From assembly GCA_044070495.1 (NCBI GenBank), contig JBIPSI010000028.1, positions 1-64,000 of the forward strand: DNA of 64,000 nucleotides, read 5' to 3'. Both the position numbers and the translations under genes were made by a program. Positions 51,255 through 60,430 of this stretch are shown here, one piece after another (position 1 is the first letter of the stretch; each line of letters opens with the position of its first letter). The DNA comes from Spirulina sp. (GTDB lineage: Bacteria; Cyanobacteriota; Cyanobacteriia; Phormidesmidales; Phormidesmidaceae). The notes under the pieces are model-generated. The model was given only the letters and a program-made list of their open reading frames with translations. It ran no database searches and was not told the origin of the DNA.

Positions 51255-51448
51255 AGATCAACACTAAAGAAAACCGTAGGGATTTCGCTAAACCGCCACC
51301 GCTCCCTTTAACCTCGTAGATATCACGTCCTCCCCCGTCAAAACGTGGCCGGTCGTTGCTGCTCCTAGGCACTGTATTGGTTGCCATGACTCTTTCCTAC
51401 GGCCCAGATCAACGTCTCTCCCGTGTCTCAACAGCGGGTCATTTTGCC

Positions 51449-54007
51449 ATGGGAATGCCATCCAACCTTCCCGCGCTCCCCCCGTTCCAGCGTGATGCTA
51501 CCCAGCGTGACGCTGCCCATCCGGTGGCCGAGGCCCTGCGGGTGACGGGCACGGTGCAGGGAGTTGGCTTTCGGCCCACGGTCTATCGGCTGGCGGTGGA
51601 GTTGGGGCTGCGTGGCCATGTGCTCAACGATGGCGAGGGTGTCCTGATTCACCTAGCGGGAACCTCGGCCCAGATTAACCAGTTTGTGGCTAATTTGCTG
51701 AAGGAAAAACCTCCCCTGGCCAAAATCGCCTGCATTCAGCGGCAATCCTTACCTTTAGACGCAATTCCTGAATCAGACTTCAGCATTATTGCCAGTACCC
51801 ACACCCCCGCCCGCACCGAAATTCCCCCCGATGCCGCCACCTGCCCCCAGTGTTTGGCGGATATCCTCAACCCCCGCAGCCGCTACTTCCGCTACCCCTT
51901 CACCAACTGTACCCACTGCGGCCCCCGCCTCAGCATCATTCGAGATCTCCCCTACGACCGCCAAAGCACCAGCATGGCCTGGTTTGAGATGTGCCCCTCC
52001 TGCCGCCAGGACTACCAAGACGTGGGCAACCGCCGCTTCCATGCCCAGCCCGTCGCCTGCCCCGTCTGTGGCCCCAAGGTGTGGCTAGAAAAGGCCGACG
52101 GCAAACCCCTAGCCACAAAATCCCTCTCCTTGGTGGATGAAGCCGAAGCCGTTGCCACCCTGATTTTGCGCGGCGAAATCGTGGCCATCAAAGGGCTGGG
52201 CGGCGTTCACCTCGCCTGCGATGCCACCAACGATGCCGCTGTCCAGAAACTCCGCCAACGCAAACACCGCTACCACAAACCCTTCGCCCTGATGGTGAAG
52301 GATCTCGCGGCAATTACGCCCTACTGCCAAGTCGGCCCCCAGGAAGCCGAACTCCTGCAAAGCCCCACCGCCCCCATTGTTTTACTTTCCCTGATCCAAA
52401 ATTCCCCCCCCCCTTCCCCCCTTCCCCCCTCTCCCCCTTCACACCTTCACACCTTCACACATCCCCCCCTCTCCCCCGCCCTTTCTCCTGGACTAGGCAC
52501 CCTCGGCGTGATGTTGCCCTACACGCCTCTGCACCACCTGATCTTGCAGCGGCTAGATCGCCCGATTGTGATGACCAGCGGCAACCGTTCCGACGAACCG
52601 CAATGCATCACCAACGAAGCGGTGCGGGAACAACTGGGCGACATTGCCCCCTACTTTTTGCTGCACAACCGCGACATTGTGAACCGGGTGGATGATTCTG
52701 TGGTGCGGGTCGTGGATGGCCAGCCCCAGATTCTCCGACGGGCGAGGGGCTATGCCCCGGCTCCGATTACCTTGCCTGCTGGGTTTGACGGTGTGCCCCC
52801 AATCCTAGCCCTGGGTGGCGAACTCAAAAGCACCTTCTGCTTGCTGCGACCCGGACAGGCGATTCTCTCTCAGCATTTGGGCGACTTGGAAAATGCAGCG
52901 GCCCACCAGGGCTATCGGCAGGCGTTGGATCTATACCTCAACCTGTTTGAGTACGAACCCACTCACCTGGTGGTGGATGCCCACCCGGAATACCTCTCCA
53001 CCAAACTGGGGCAAGACTGGGTCGAGCGTCAGGATATTGCCCTCACCGCCGTGCAGCACCACCATGCCCACATCGCCGCCTGCATGGCCGACAACGGCTT
53101 GCCCCTGGACACCGCCCCCGTCCTTGGCATTGCGTTGGATGGCCTCGGCTATGGCGACGACGGCACCCTCTGGGGCGGGGAATTTCTGCTGGCCGACTAT
53201 CGCCAATACCGCCGAGTAGCCCACCTCAAACCCGTAGCCATGCTGGGCGGCACCCAAGCCATCCGCCAACCCTGGCGCAACACCTACGCCCACCTCGTCG
53301 CCGCCTTTGGGGATTGGCAAACCGTCCAAAAAGCCTTCCCAAAACTGGCCTTGGTGCGCTTTTTCAAAAACAAACCCCTGGCCCTGCTAGATTCCATGCT
53401 GGCCCAAAACCTCAATGCGCCCCTGGCCTCCTCCGCCGGACGCTTGTTTGATGCCGTCGCCGCCGCCGTGGGCCTCTGCCGCGAAACCGCCACCTACGAA
53501 GGCCAAGGAGCCATCGAACTCGAAGCCCTGATCCAACCCCACCACCTCGAAGAATCCCAGAATTCCGCCTATTCCTTCGCCCTTCATGGGGCATCCGATA
53601 ACGTAGGGGCGCGGTTTCCTCGCCCGCTGATCCTGGAGGCCAACCAGCCAGATTCCGCCTTCAACTCTCAACCCCTAGTGCTCGACCCCACCCCCCTCTG
53701 GCCCAACCTGCTCACGGATTTACAGCAAAGTACGGATCCTTCCCTGATTTCTGCCCGTTTCCATCTGGGATTCGCCAACGCCCTAGCTACCCTCACCCAC
53801 CACCTAGCCCAACGCCATCAAGCGACGACCGTTGCCCTCTCCGGCGGCGTGTTTCAAAATCAAATCCTGACGAGTCACGTTAAACAAAACCTGCAAACCC
53901 TCGGCCTCACGGTGCTCACCCACCACCAAGTACCCCCCAACGATGGCGGCCTTTCCCTTGGCCAAGCGGTGATCGCCGCCGCCCAATCGTCCCAACCACC
54001 GCCCTAA
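51449..54007 (+). CDS. hypF: Carbamoyltransferase HypF (start uncertain)
   Basis: GTVQGVGFRP, two CxxC...CxxC fingers, HHHAH, DGLGYGDDG.WGGE, PPNDGGLSLGQ. Confidence 0.95.
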   Translation: MGMPSNLPALPPFQRDATQRDAAHPVAEALRVTGTVQGVGFRPTVYRLAVELGLRGHVLNDGEGVLIHLAGTSAQINQFVANLLKEKPPLAKIACIQRQSLPLDAIPESDFSIIASTHTPARTEIPPDAATCPQCLADILNPRSRYFRYPFTNCTHCGPRLSIIRDLPYDRQSTSMAWFEMCPSCRQDYQDVGNRRFHAQPVACPVCGPKVWLEKADGKPLATKSLSLVDEAEAVATLILRGEIVAIKGLGGVHLACDATNDAAVQKLRQRKHRYHKPFALMVKDLAAITPYCQVGPQEAELLQSPTAPIVLLSLIQNSPPPSPLPPSPPSHLHTFTHPPLSPALSPGLGTLGVMLPYTPLHHLILQRLDRPIVMTSGNRSDEPQCITNEAVREQLGDIAPYFLLHNRDIVNRVDDSVVRVVDGQPQILRRARGYAPAPITLPAGFDGVPPILALGGELKSTFCLLRPGQAILSQHLGDLENAAAHQGYRQALDLYLNLFEYEPTHLVVDAHPEYLSTKLGQDWVERQDIALTAVQHHHAHIAACMADNGLPLDTAPVLGIALDGLGYGDDGTLWGGEFLLADYRQYRRVAHLKPVAMLGGTQAIRQPWRNTYAHLVAAFGDWQTVQKAFPKLALVRFFKNKPLALLDSMLAQNLNAPLASSAGRLFDAVAAAVGLCRETATYEGQGAIELEALIQPHHLEESQNSAYSFALHGASDNVGARFPRPLILEANQPDSAFNSQPLVLDPTPLWPNLLTDLQQSTDPSLISARFHLGFANALATLTHHLAQRHQATTVALSGGVFQNQILTSHVKQNLQTLGLTVLTHHQVPPNDGGLSLGQAVIAAAQSSQPPP
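53603..53625. repeat. GTAG-type REP inside the hypF coding sequence
   Basis: GTAGGGGCGCGGTTTCCTCGCCC, nearly identical to the intergenic copy at 56349. Confidence 0.7.
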
Positions 54008-54020
54008 TCCCCAATTCCCT

Positions 54021-54048
54021 GTAGGGGCGCACTGCTGTGCGCCCCTAC
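54021..54048. repeat. REP palindrome
   Basis: GTAGGGGCGCACTGCTGTGCGCCCCTAC between hypF and hypC. Confidence 0.7.
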
Positions 54049-54083
54049 CCACCATCCCACCATCCCACTACCCCACCACCCCT

Positions 54084-54359
54084 ATGTGCCTCGGAATTCC
54101 TGGACAAATTCAATCCATCAGCGACCCCGTTAATCAACTCGCCATTGTCGATATCAGCGGTGTGCGGCGTCCTGTCAACATTGCCTGCATTGTGGACGAA
54201 GACCATCCCCTGGAAAGCTGTGTGGGGGAATGGGTTTTGGTTCATGTTGGTTTTGCCCTCAATCGAATTGATCCTGACGAAGCGGCTGCTACCCTTGATT
54301 TGCTGGATCAACTCGCAGAATTTGATGCCAAGGAGTTAGAAATGGCGAACTATCGATGA
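54084..54359 (+). CDS. hypC: Hydrogenase maturation chaperone HypC
   Basis: MCLGIPG; GEWVLVHVGFAL. Confidence 0.95.
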   Translation: MCLGIPGQIQSISDPVNQLAIVDISGVRRPVNIACIVDEDHPLESCVGEWVLVHVGFALNRIDPDEAAATLDLLDQLAEFDAKELEMANYR

Positions 54360-54829
54360 GTGAAACTGTTTATATTGAAACCAGCATTTTAGGCTATCTC
54401 ACGGCTCGTCCAAGCCGAGATTTAGTTGTGGCTGCCAATATTGAGATAACAAAAGAGTGGTGGGAAACTCGTCGTAGCAAGTTTCAGCTATATGCATCAC
54501 AAGCTGTTGTCAAGGAAACTTCACAGGGGGATTCTAAAATCGCAGCACAACGCCTCGAAATCATAAGTCAAATTAAAATGCTTGAGCTAGATTCATCTGT
54601 GCTTAGTCTGGCAGAAAATTTTCTGGCACGTAGTAATCTTCCTGCAAAAGCTGATATTGATGCTGTCCATATCGCTGCTTCGACAATTCATGGAATAGAC
54701 TATCTACTCACGTGGAATTGCAAACATATAGCGAATGCTCAAATCCAGAGGAGGTTAGCACAAATAAGTGCTGATTTCGGATATGAACTGCCAATTCTTT
54801 GCACACCCTATGAATTGCTTGGAGGCTAA
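54356..54829 (+). CDS. PIN-domain (VapC-like) protein
   Basis: VYIETSILGY, DAVHIA, YLLTWNCKHIANA, ILCTP; lower GC than flanks. Confidence 0.88.
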   Translation: MSETVYIETSILGYLTARPSRDLVVAANIEITKEWWETRRSKFQLYASQAVVKETSQGDSKIAAQRLEIISQIKMLELDSSVLSLAENFLARSNLPAKADIDAVHIAASTIHGIDYLLTWNCKHIANAQIQRRLAQISADFGYELPILCTPYELLGG

Positions 54830-54831
54830 TT

Positions 54832-55038
54832 ATGTATCAAGATGAGATTGTGGAAGAGATTCATCGAATTCGAGAAGAATACCTGCGATCATTTAACTAT
54901 GACTTGAAAGCCCTATTTGCTGATTTACAAAAGCAGCAAGCTGAAAGCGGAAGAGAAATGGTCAACTTGTCATCAAAGCGCAGTCAATCAACTCGCTGGA
55001 TCAATCGCGAGAAAGACTCTAAACAAGATGAAAAGTAG
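54832..55038 (+). CDS. Small putative antitoxin downstream of PIN
   Basis: MYQDEIVEEIHRIREEY...DLKALFADL, 2 nt after the PIN stop. Confidence 0.7.
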   Translation: MYQDEIVEEIHRIREEYLRSFNYDLKALFADLQKQQAESGREMVNLSSKRSQSTRWINREKDSKQDEK

Positions 55039-55047
55039 GTTTAGGTT

Positions 55048-55124
55048 TAGGTTGGGTGGAACGAAGTGGAACCCAGAGCTAGAGCCAGCTTTGTTGGGTT
55101 CTGCTGTCGCGCCACCCAACCTAC
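55048..55124. repeat. REP doublet (REPIN-like)
   Basis: TAGGTTGGGTGG...CCACCCAACCTAC; inverted homolog of 3522-3604. Confidence 0.7.
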
Positions 55125-55161
55125 GTTTTTTCAAATATAACTCTTTCCTTAGATTCTACCT

Positions 55162-56301
55162 ATGAAATACGTTGATGAATTTCGCGATCCAGCTAAGGCC
55201 CAGGGTGTTTTGGCGGATATTAGCCAACTGGCAGAAACGTTGACCCAAAATCGACCTGGGCCAATCAAAATTATGGAAGTTTGTGGGGGCCATACCCACG
55301 CCATTTTTAAGTTTGGGTTAGAGCATTTGTTGCCGCCCACCATTGAATTGGTGCATGGGCCAGGGTGTCCAGTTTGCATTATGCCCAAGGGACGTTTGGA
55401 CGATGCCATGGCCATTGCCCAGCAGCCCAACGTGATTTTTACCACCTTTGGCGATGCCATGCGGGTGCCCGGTGCCAAGCTGAATTTGCTGCAAACCAAG
55501 GCGGAGGGGGCGGATATTCGCATGGTCTATTCGCCGCTGGATGCCTTGGCCATGGCCAAGGCGAATCCTGATAAGGAAGTCGTCTTCTTTGCCATTGGGT
55601 TTGAAACGACGGCCCCCAGTACGGCCCTCACGGTGCTGCAAGCACGGGATCAGGGAGTGACGAACTTTAGTTTGTTTAGCAACCACGTCCTAGTAGTTCC
55701 GGCTCTGGAGGCGCTGCTGGATAACCCCGATTTGCAACTGGATGGCTTTGTGGGGCCGGGGCACGTCAGCGCCGTGATTGGCACCGATCCCTACCGGGTG
55801 GTTCCCGATCACTATGGCAAACCCGTGGTGGTGTCGGGGTTTGAGCCGCTGGATATTCTGCAAGCGGTGTGGATGGTGCTGCGGCAGTTGGCGGAGGGCC
55901 GCTGTGAGGTGGAAAACCAGTACACCCGCCTGGTGAACGACCATGGCAATGCCGTGGCCATGGCGGCGATGGCTGAGGTGTTTGAGGTGCGTCCCACCTT
56001 TGAATGGCGCGGGTTGGGGGATATCCCCGCCTCTGGGTTGCGGATGCGCTCGGCTCTGGCGGCGTGGGATGCGGAGGCCAAGTTCACCCTTCCCGGTCGG
56101 CAGGTGGCGGATCATCGGGCCTGTGCCTGTGGCGACATCCTCAAGGGGGTGAAAAAGCCCTGGGATTGCAAGGTGTTTGGCACGGCCTGTACGCCGGAAA
56201 GCCCGCTGGGGGCCTGCATGGTGTCCTCGGAAGGGGCCTGCGCCGCCTATTACAAATATGGGCGACTGGCGACGGAACGGCGACAGGTGAGTCGGGTTTA
56301 G
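55162..56301 (+). CDS. hypD: Hydrogenase maturation protein HypD
   Basis: MEVCGGHTH, GPGCPVC, GFETT, PGHVS, GACMVSSEGACAA. Confidence 0.97.
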   Translation: MKYVDEFRDPAKAQGVLADISQLAETLTQNRPGPIKIMEVCGGHTHAIFKFGLEHLLPPTIELVHGPGCPVCIMPKGRLDDAMAIAQQPNVIFTTFGDAMRVPGAKLNLLQTKAEGADIRMVYSPLDALAMAKANPDKEVVFFAIGFETTAPSTALTVLQARDQGVTNFSLFSNHVLVVPALEALLDNPDLQLDGFVGPGHVSAVIGTDPYRVVPDHYGKPVVVSGFEPLDILQAVWMVLRQLAEGRCEVENQYTRLVNDHGNAVAMAAMAEVFEVRPTFEWRGLGDIPASGLRMRSALAAWDAEAKFTLPGRQVADHRACACGDILKGVKKPWDCKVFGTACTPESPLGACMVSSEGACAAYYKYGRLATERRQVSRV

Positions 56302-56348
56302 GGCGAAGGAATTAGGTCAGAGAACCCCGATTCCCAACCTGACAATCC

Positions 56349-56371
56349 GTAGGGGAGAGGTCTCCTCGCCC
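56349..56371. repeat. GTAG-type REP
   Basis: GTAGGGGAGAGGTCTCCTCGCCC after hypD. Confidence 0.65.
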
Positions 56372-56557
56372 GCTGATACCGGGGGTAGGCAAACCGGGGG
56401 TCAGCCCTTAGAGAACCGTTATAGAGTAGTGGTTCATACACCCTGGCGTACTGGTGATCTAGGGGAAGGTGCTAGACTTTTGGCAATGGTTTTTGCCGTC
56501 CGTCGCTGCTTCCCTGCGGACACAGGTTGGACGGCACCCTTGGAGTAGGACATCCCG

Positions 56558-58246
56558 ATGGCACCCAAACCCAAACCCCCAGAGCTTCCGGTGATTGGCA
56601 CGGTGAAAGGGCCGGGGGACACGGGCAACCAATACCTGTTCATCACCGCCGACCATCGCCAGGTAAAGATTGGCGAGTTTGTCTACTACCGGGTGGATGT
56701 GGTGGACTTACCCCAGGCGGAGATTTTAGGCAAAATTTCGGCGCTGACGTTGATTGACCACCTGCCCGACCGTCTGTTTGCCGACCCGGACATTAACCCG
56801 GAGGCCATCGCCGCCCTGGTGGGGTTTGCCCATCCCAACCCGGAAGTGTACGAGGTGACGGTGGACGTGGTGGGTTATTTCCATCCGGCCCTGGGCTTCA
56901 TTAACCCCCGCATGGCCCCCGATCCGGGCGCGAAGGTCTACTTGGCGGACGATGCCAGTTTGCAGCACATCATCAACAAAAAGCAGCCCCAGGCGGCGGG
57001 TTCGGCCCACATTGGTTCGCTGCTGCTGCGGCCCGGTGGACGGGTGCCCGTGGCGTTGGATGTGAAGGAATTGGTAAGCACCCACATGGCCATATTGGCG
57101 GGGACGGGTTCCGGCAAATCCTACACGGCGGGGGTGTTGATTGAGGAACTGATGAGTCCCTACAACCGGGCAGCGGTGCTCATTTTTGACCCCCACGGCG
57201 AGTACGGCACCCTGACGGATATGCGCGGCCACCCGGCCTTTGCGGCGGACGATGGCTATAGCCCAGCGGTGAAAATCCTCACCCCCGACGACATCCGCAT
57301 TCGCATGTCCTCCCTGGATTACTACGATATTCTCACCCTGCTGCCCGACATGAGCGACCGCCAGCAGGCCATCCTCAACAAAGCCTTTAGCCTGCTGGGC
57401 AAACACAAACTAGGCGACCACCGCTGGGACGTGCAGGATTTAATCGCCGCCTGCTACGAATCTGACCGCAGCACTGACGACGAAGGCAACGAAAAAACGG
57501 GTTCCTCTGCCCCCGCTCTGGAATGGAAATTGGGCAAGCTGGAACGGTCGGATTATTTTCATCGAATGCAGCACCTTGCGCCGAAGGATTTGTTTGCCCC
57601 CGGCCAAGTAACGGTGCTGCAAATGAACGAAATTAGTCAGGAAGAACAGCAGGTGATCTGTGCCGCAGTGCTGCGCCAAAGCTACCAGGCCCGCATGAAC
57701 ACCGCTAAGGAAAAAATCAACCCCGACGACGAAAACTATCTACCCTATCCCGTCTTTATTTTGATTGAAGAAGCCCACCGTTTTGCCCCTGGTCACGAAC
57801 CCTCCCGCTGCAAGCAAATTCTGCGGACGATCCTCAGCGAAGGGCGCAAATTTGGCATGGGTGTGGGCCTAATTACCCAGCGTCCCGGCAAGCTCGATTC
57901 TGACGTGCTCTCCCAGTGTATGAGCCAGTTTCTGATGCGGATTGTCAACCCCGTAGACCAGGAAAGCCTGAAGTATGGCGTGGAAGCGGCGGGGCGTGAC
58001 CTGCTGCAAGAACTTCCCGCCCTCACCAAGGGTCAGGTGATTGTCTCCGGCGCGTGCGTCAACACCCCCGTCCTTTGCCAAGTGCGCCAGCGCAAAACCA
58101 AACACGGCGGCGAAACCATGGATGCCCCCGCCGCCTGGTTGGGCTATTTTCAATCTCACCGAAAACAGGCCCGCCAGATGGAAAAAGCTCCCCTCGCCCA
58201 ACCGGGCAAAGCGGCGGAAACCTTTGGCGGCGTGAGTATTGAATAG
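56558..58246 (+). CDS. HerA/FtsK-family ATPase (HAS-barrel + DUF87)
   Basis: N-terminal barrel (IGTV..., KIGEFV), HMAILAGTGSGKS, FDPHGEY, EEAHRF, EGRKFG..LITQRP. Confidence 0.9.
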   Translation: MAPKPKPPELPVIGTVKGPGDTGNQYLFITADHRQVKIGEFVYYRVDVVDLPQAEILGKISALTLIDHLPDRLFADPDINPEAIAALVGFAHPNPEVYEVTVDVVGYFHPALGFINPRMAPDPGAKVYLADDASLQHIINKKQPQAAGSAHIGSLLLRPGGRVPVALDVKELVSTHMAILAGTGSGKSYTAGVLIEELMSPYNRAAVLIFDPHGEYGTLTDMRGHPAFAADDGYSPAVKILTPDDIRIRMSSLDYYDILTLLPDMSDRQQAILNKAFSLLGKHKLGDHRWDVQDLIAACYESDRSTDDEGNEKTGSSAPALEWKLGKLERSDYFHRMQHLAPKDLFAPGQVTVLQMNEISQEEQQVICAAVLRQSYQARMNTAKEKINPDDENYLPYPVFILIEEAHRFAPGHEPSRCKQILRTILSEGRKFGMGVGLITQRPGKLDSDVLSQCMSQFLMRIVNPVDQESLKYGVEAAGRDLLQELPALTKGQVIVSGACVNTPVLCQVRQRKTKHGGETMDAPAAWLGYFQSHRKQARQMEKAPLAQPGKAAETFGGVSIE

Positions 58247-58308
58247 GCCATCAATTTAGGCTGATTTTTGATGTTTTAGGGCCGTCATTTTTCCGTATTC
58301 CATCGCCC

Positions 58309-59268
58309 CTAGGGATTGGCCGTGGCGCTGTTAATGGCCTGCTGTCCCTGGGGAGAGAGGGCAAAGCCTAAAAAGGCTTGTACCGCTGGGTTATTGCTGT
58401 CTTTGTAGACGTAGTACAGCGAGCGCTGGAAGGGGTAATTGGCGGCTTCCGGGGTTAGGCCCTCAATGGGTACCACCCGCACCGTTTGCTGGTCGGCCAC
58501 TTGGCTGTAGGTGGCATAGCCGATGCCATCGGTGCCCAGTTGTTGCAGCATGGGCGTGGTGGCGTCCCGCGTCATGGTGGTGATGTTGGGGGTGGTGCCA
58601 AAGTCGCCGCCACCGAGGACGATCTCTCGAAAGGCCACATGGGTGCCGCTAACGGCGGGGCGGTTAATCACCCGAATGGGGGTATCGGGGCCGCCGAGGG
58701 TGGCCCAGTTATTCAGGCTACCCTGGAAAATCTGCACCGTTTGCGTGGAGGAAAGCCCCCGCTGGAAAGGATTATCGCGGCCCACCACTAGGGCAATGCG
58801 GTCGGTGGCCACGGGCACGGCGGTTAGCCCCTGGGCTTGCTCTTGGGGGGTGAGGGCACGGGAGGAGGCCGCGATGTCAATGCTGCCCCCTAGCACCGCC
58901 TGAATACCGTTGTCTGACCCCACCGCCGCCGTGTTGACGGTGGTGCCGGGGTATTGCTGTGTAAACCCCGCCTTCAGCGCTTCGTTAATCAGCACCATGC
59001 TAGTGGAGCCATCAATATTCACGGTGGTGCCCGCTGCCACGCTGGGCAGCAAGGTGAAGTTCGCCGTTCCTGCCGGGGGTGTTTGGGGGGCCTGGGGCGG
59101 TGGGGCGCTACCAGACTGGGGGGCTTCTACCCCTGGCGGCGTTGCGACGGGGGCGGCTTTGGGGCGCAGGAAGAAAAACCAGTAGGCTCCGCCCAACAGG
59201 CCCAACAGCATCAGAATAAACACAATGGGAGGGGGGCCACTGCGTTTCGGGGTATTACCGTTACTCAT
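58309..59268 (-). CDS. Membrane-anchored PstS-like phosphate-binding protein
   Basis: TM helix and Pro-rich linker; DGSTS, GSDNG, ASSR, NRPAVSGT, YPFQRSLYYV. Confidence 0.82.
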   Translation of the reverse strand: MSNGNTPKRSGPPPIVFILMLLGLLGGAYWFFFLRPKAAPVATPPGVEAPQSGSAPPPQAPQTPPAGTANFTLLPSVAAGTTVNIDGSTSMVLINEALKAGFTQQYPGTTVNTAAVGSDNGIQAVLGGSIDIAASSRALTPQEQAQGLTAVPVATDRIALVVGRDNPFQRGLSSTQTVQIFQGSLNNWATLGGPDTPIRVINRPAVSGTHVAFREIVLGGGDFGTTPNITTMTRDATTPMLQQLGTDGIGYATYSQVADQQTVRVVPIEGLTPEAANYPFQRSLYYVYKDSNNPAVQAFLGFALSPQGQQAINSATANP

Positions 59269-59277
59269 GGGGTGGGG

Positions 59278-59991
59278 TTACTCCGTGGGGGCTTGGGACG
59301 AGGCACCATCGAGCAGTTGTAGGCGACGGGAAACCTCATCGTCGATGGTGAGTTGATCGAGGTCGGCGGCCAGCTTTTCGTTGGGGTTTTCCGACAGTTC
59401 CGCTAGGGCATTGCTACGCAGGTGGCGACCTTCCACCGCACTCTTGGCCGATTCAAAGGACGACCGGGCCGAGCCAATGTCAAACTCGTTGTTCACCTTG
59501 GCAATGGATTCTAGGGCGCTGTTGATCTCGGCCAAGTCCTTCATGTTGTCCATGTCGGTCTTGTACTGCTCTAGCTTCAGCCGCTCGCGGTTGAGCTTGT
59601 CCTTGGAGGCGGCGACAAACTTTTCGGCCTGCTGTACCTGGGTTTCGAGCTGGGGCAAAAGCTGCTCAATTTGGATGGCCTTCATCATCGCTAGGCGGGC
59701 CGCATCGGCGTTGCCCGATTGTTGCGCCAGGGCAGCCTGTTGCTCGAATTTCCGCAGTTCTCTGGCCTTTTCCTCGTACTTTTTCTTCGCCCGTTCGTAG
59801 GCTCCCACCTGCATGGCCACGGCTTCAGCCAGCTTTTGCACCGAGGTTTGCATCTCTTGCAGCGACTCTTCGGCCACCGCCACCGCCACCTTGCCCCCCG
59901 ACTCTACGGGGATGCCCCAAAGCCAGTTCCAGGTGCCAACAATCGTGCGTCCTGCCTTTTCGCCCATCAACCAATAAATGGCATCTTTCAT
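59278..59991 (-). CDS. PspA/IM30 (ESCRT-III-like) family protein
   Basis: Long coiled coils with A..A...GN.DAARLA and C-terminal DDEVSRRL; atypical Trp-rich N-terminus. Confidence 0.8.
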   Translation of the reverse strand: MKDAIYWLMGEKAGRTIVGTWNWLWGIPVESGGKVAVAVAEESLQEMQTSVQKLAEAVAMQVGAYERAKKKYEEKARELRKFEQQAALAQQSGNADAARLAMMKAIQIEQLLPQLETQVQQAEKFVAASKDKLNRERLKLEQYKTDMDNMKDLAEINSALESIAKVNNEFDIGSARSSFESAKSAVEGRHLRSNALAELSENPNEKLAADLDQLTIDDEVSRRLQLLDGASSQAPTE

Positions 59992-60179
59992 AGCAATTCG
60001 TCCCACCCAATTAAGAGGCCGTATCCTAGCTGCAATTACAGACCCAATCCCAACGATTCCGGATTTTCCCCATGCCGTCAGTGATGATTCAGTAACCTAA
60101 GTTGCCACCCAAAACAGTGCTACCCCCATGGTGCCCGCCCAAGATTAACATCTGGTCAACCCCTTAACCGACCGTTACA

Positions 60180-60227
60180 CAACCGGCCAAAGCCGCCGAA
60201 ACCTTTGGCGGAATCAGCATTGAATGG
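60180..60227 (+). repeat. Diverged duplicate of the herA 3' end
   Basis: 40/48 nt identical to 58199-58246; encodes QPAKAAETFGGISIE versus QPGKAAETFGGVSIE. Confidence 0.85.
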
Positions 60228-60430
60228 TGTTTGTGTTCGCAGGGTAGGCTGTATGACGGCTCAGGGCTTTTGCGCTGGCTCAGGGGCCGATGGGAAGTAA
60301 GCCATTGACGACAAGGCTGGCGCGCTTTATCCCAAATCGCCTTGGCGTCGGCGATAAAGCTGCACAGGGTCGCACTATCCCCTGATAATGGGCCTGTTCG
60401 TGTCCCTCCGATCATCCATTGACCAAGCCC

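Noticed and set aside
60164..60415. 83-aa minus-strand ORF
   Set aside because: It overlaps the herA duplicate antisense and has no identifiable motif; at most a fragment.
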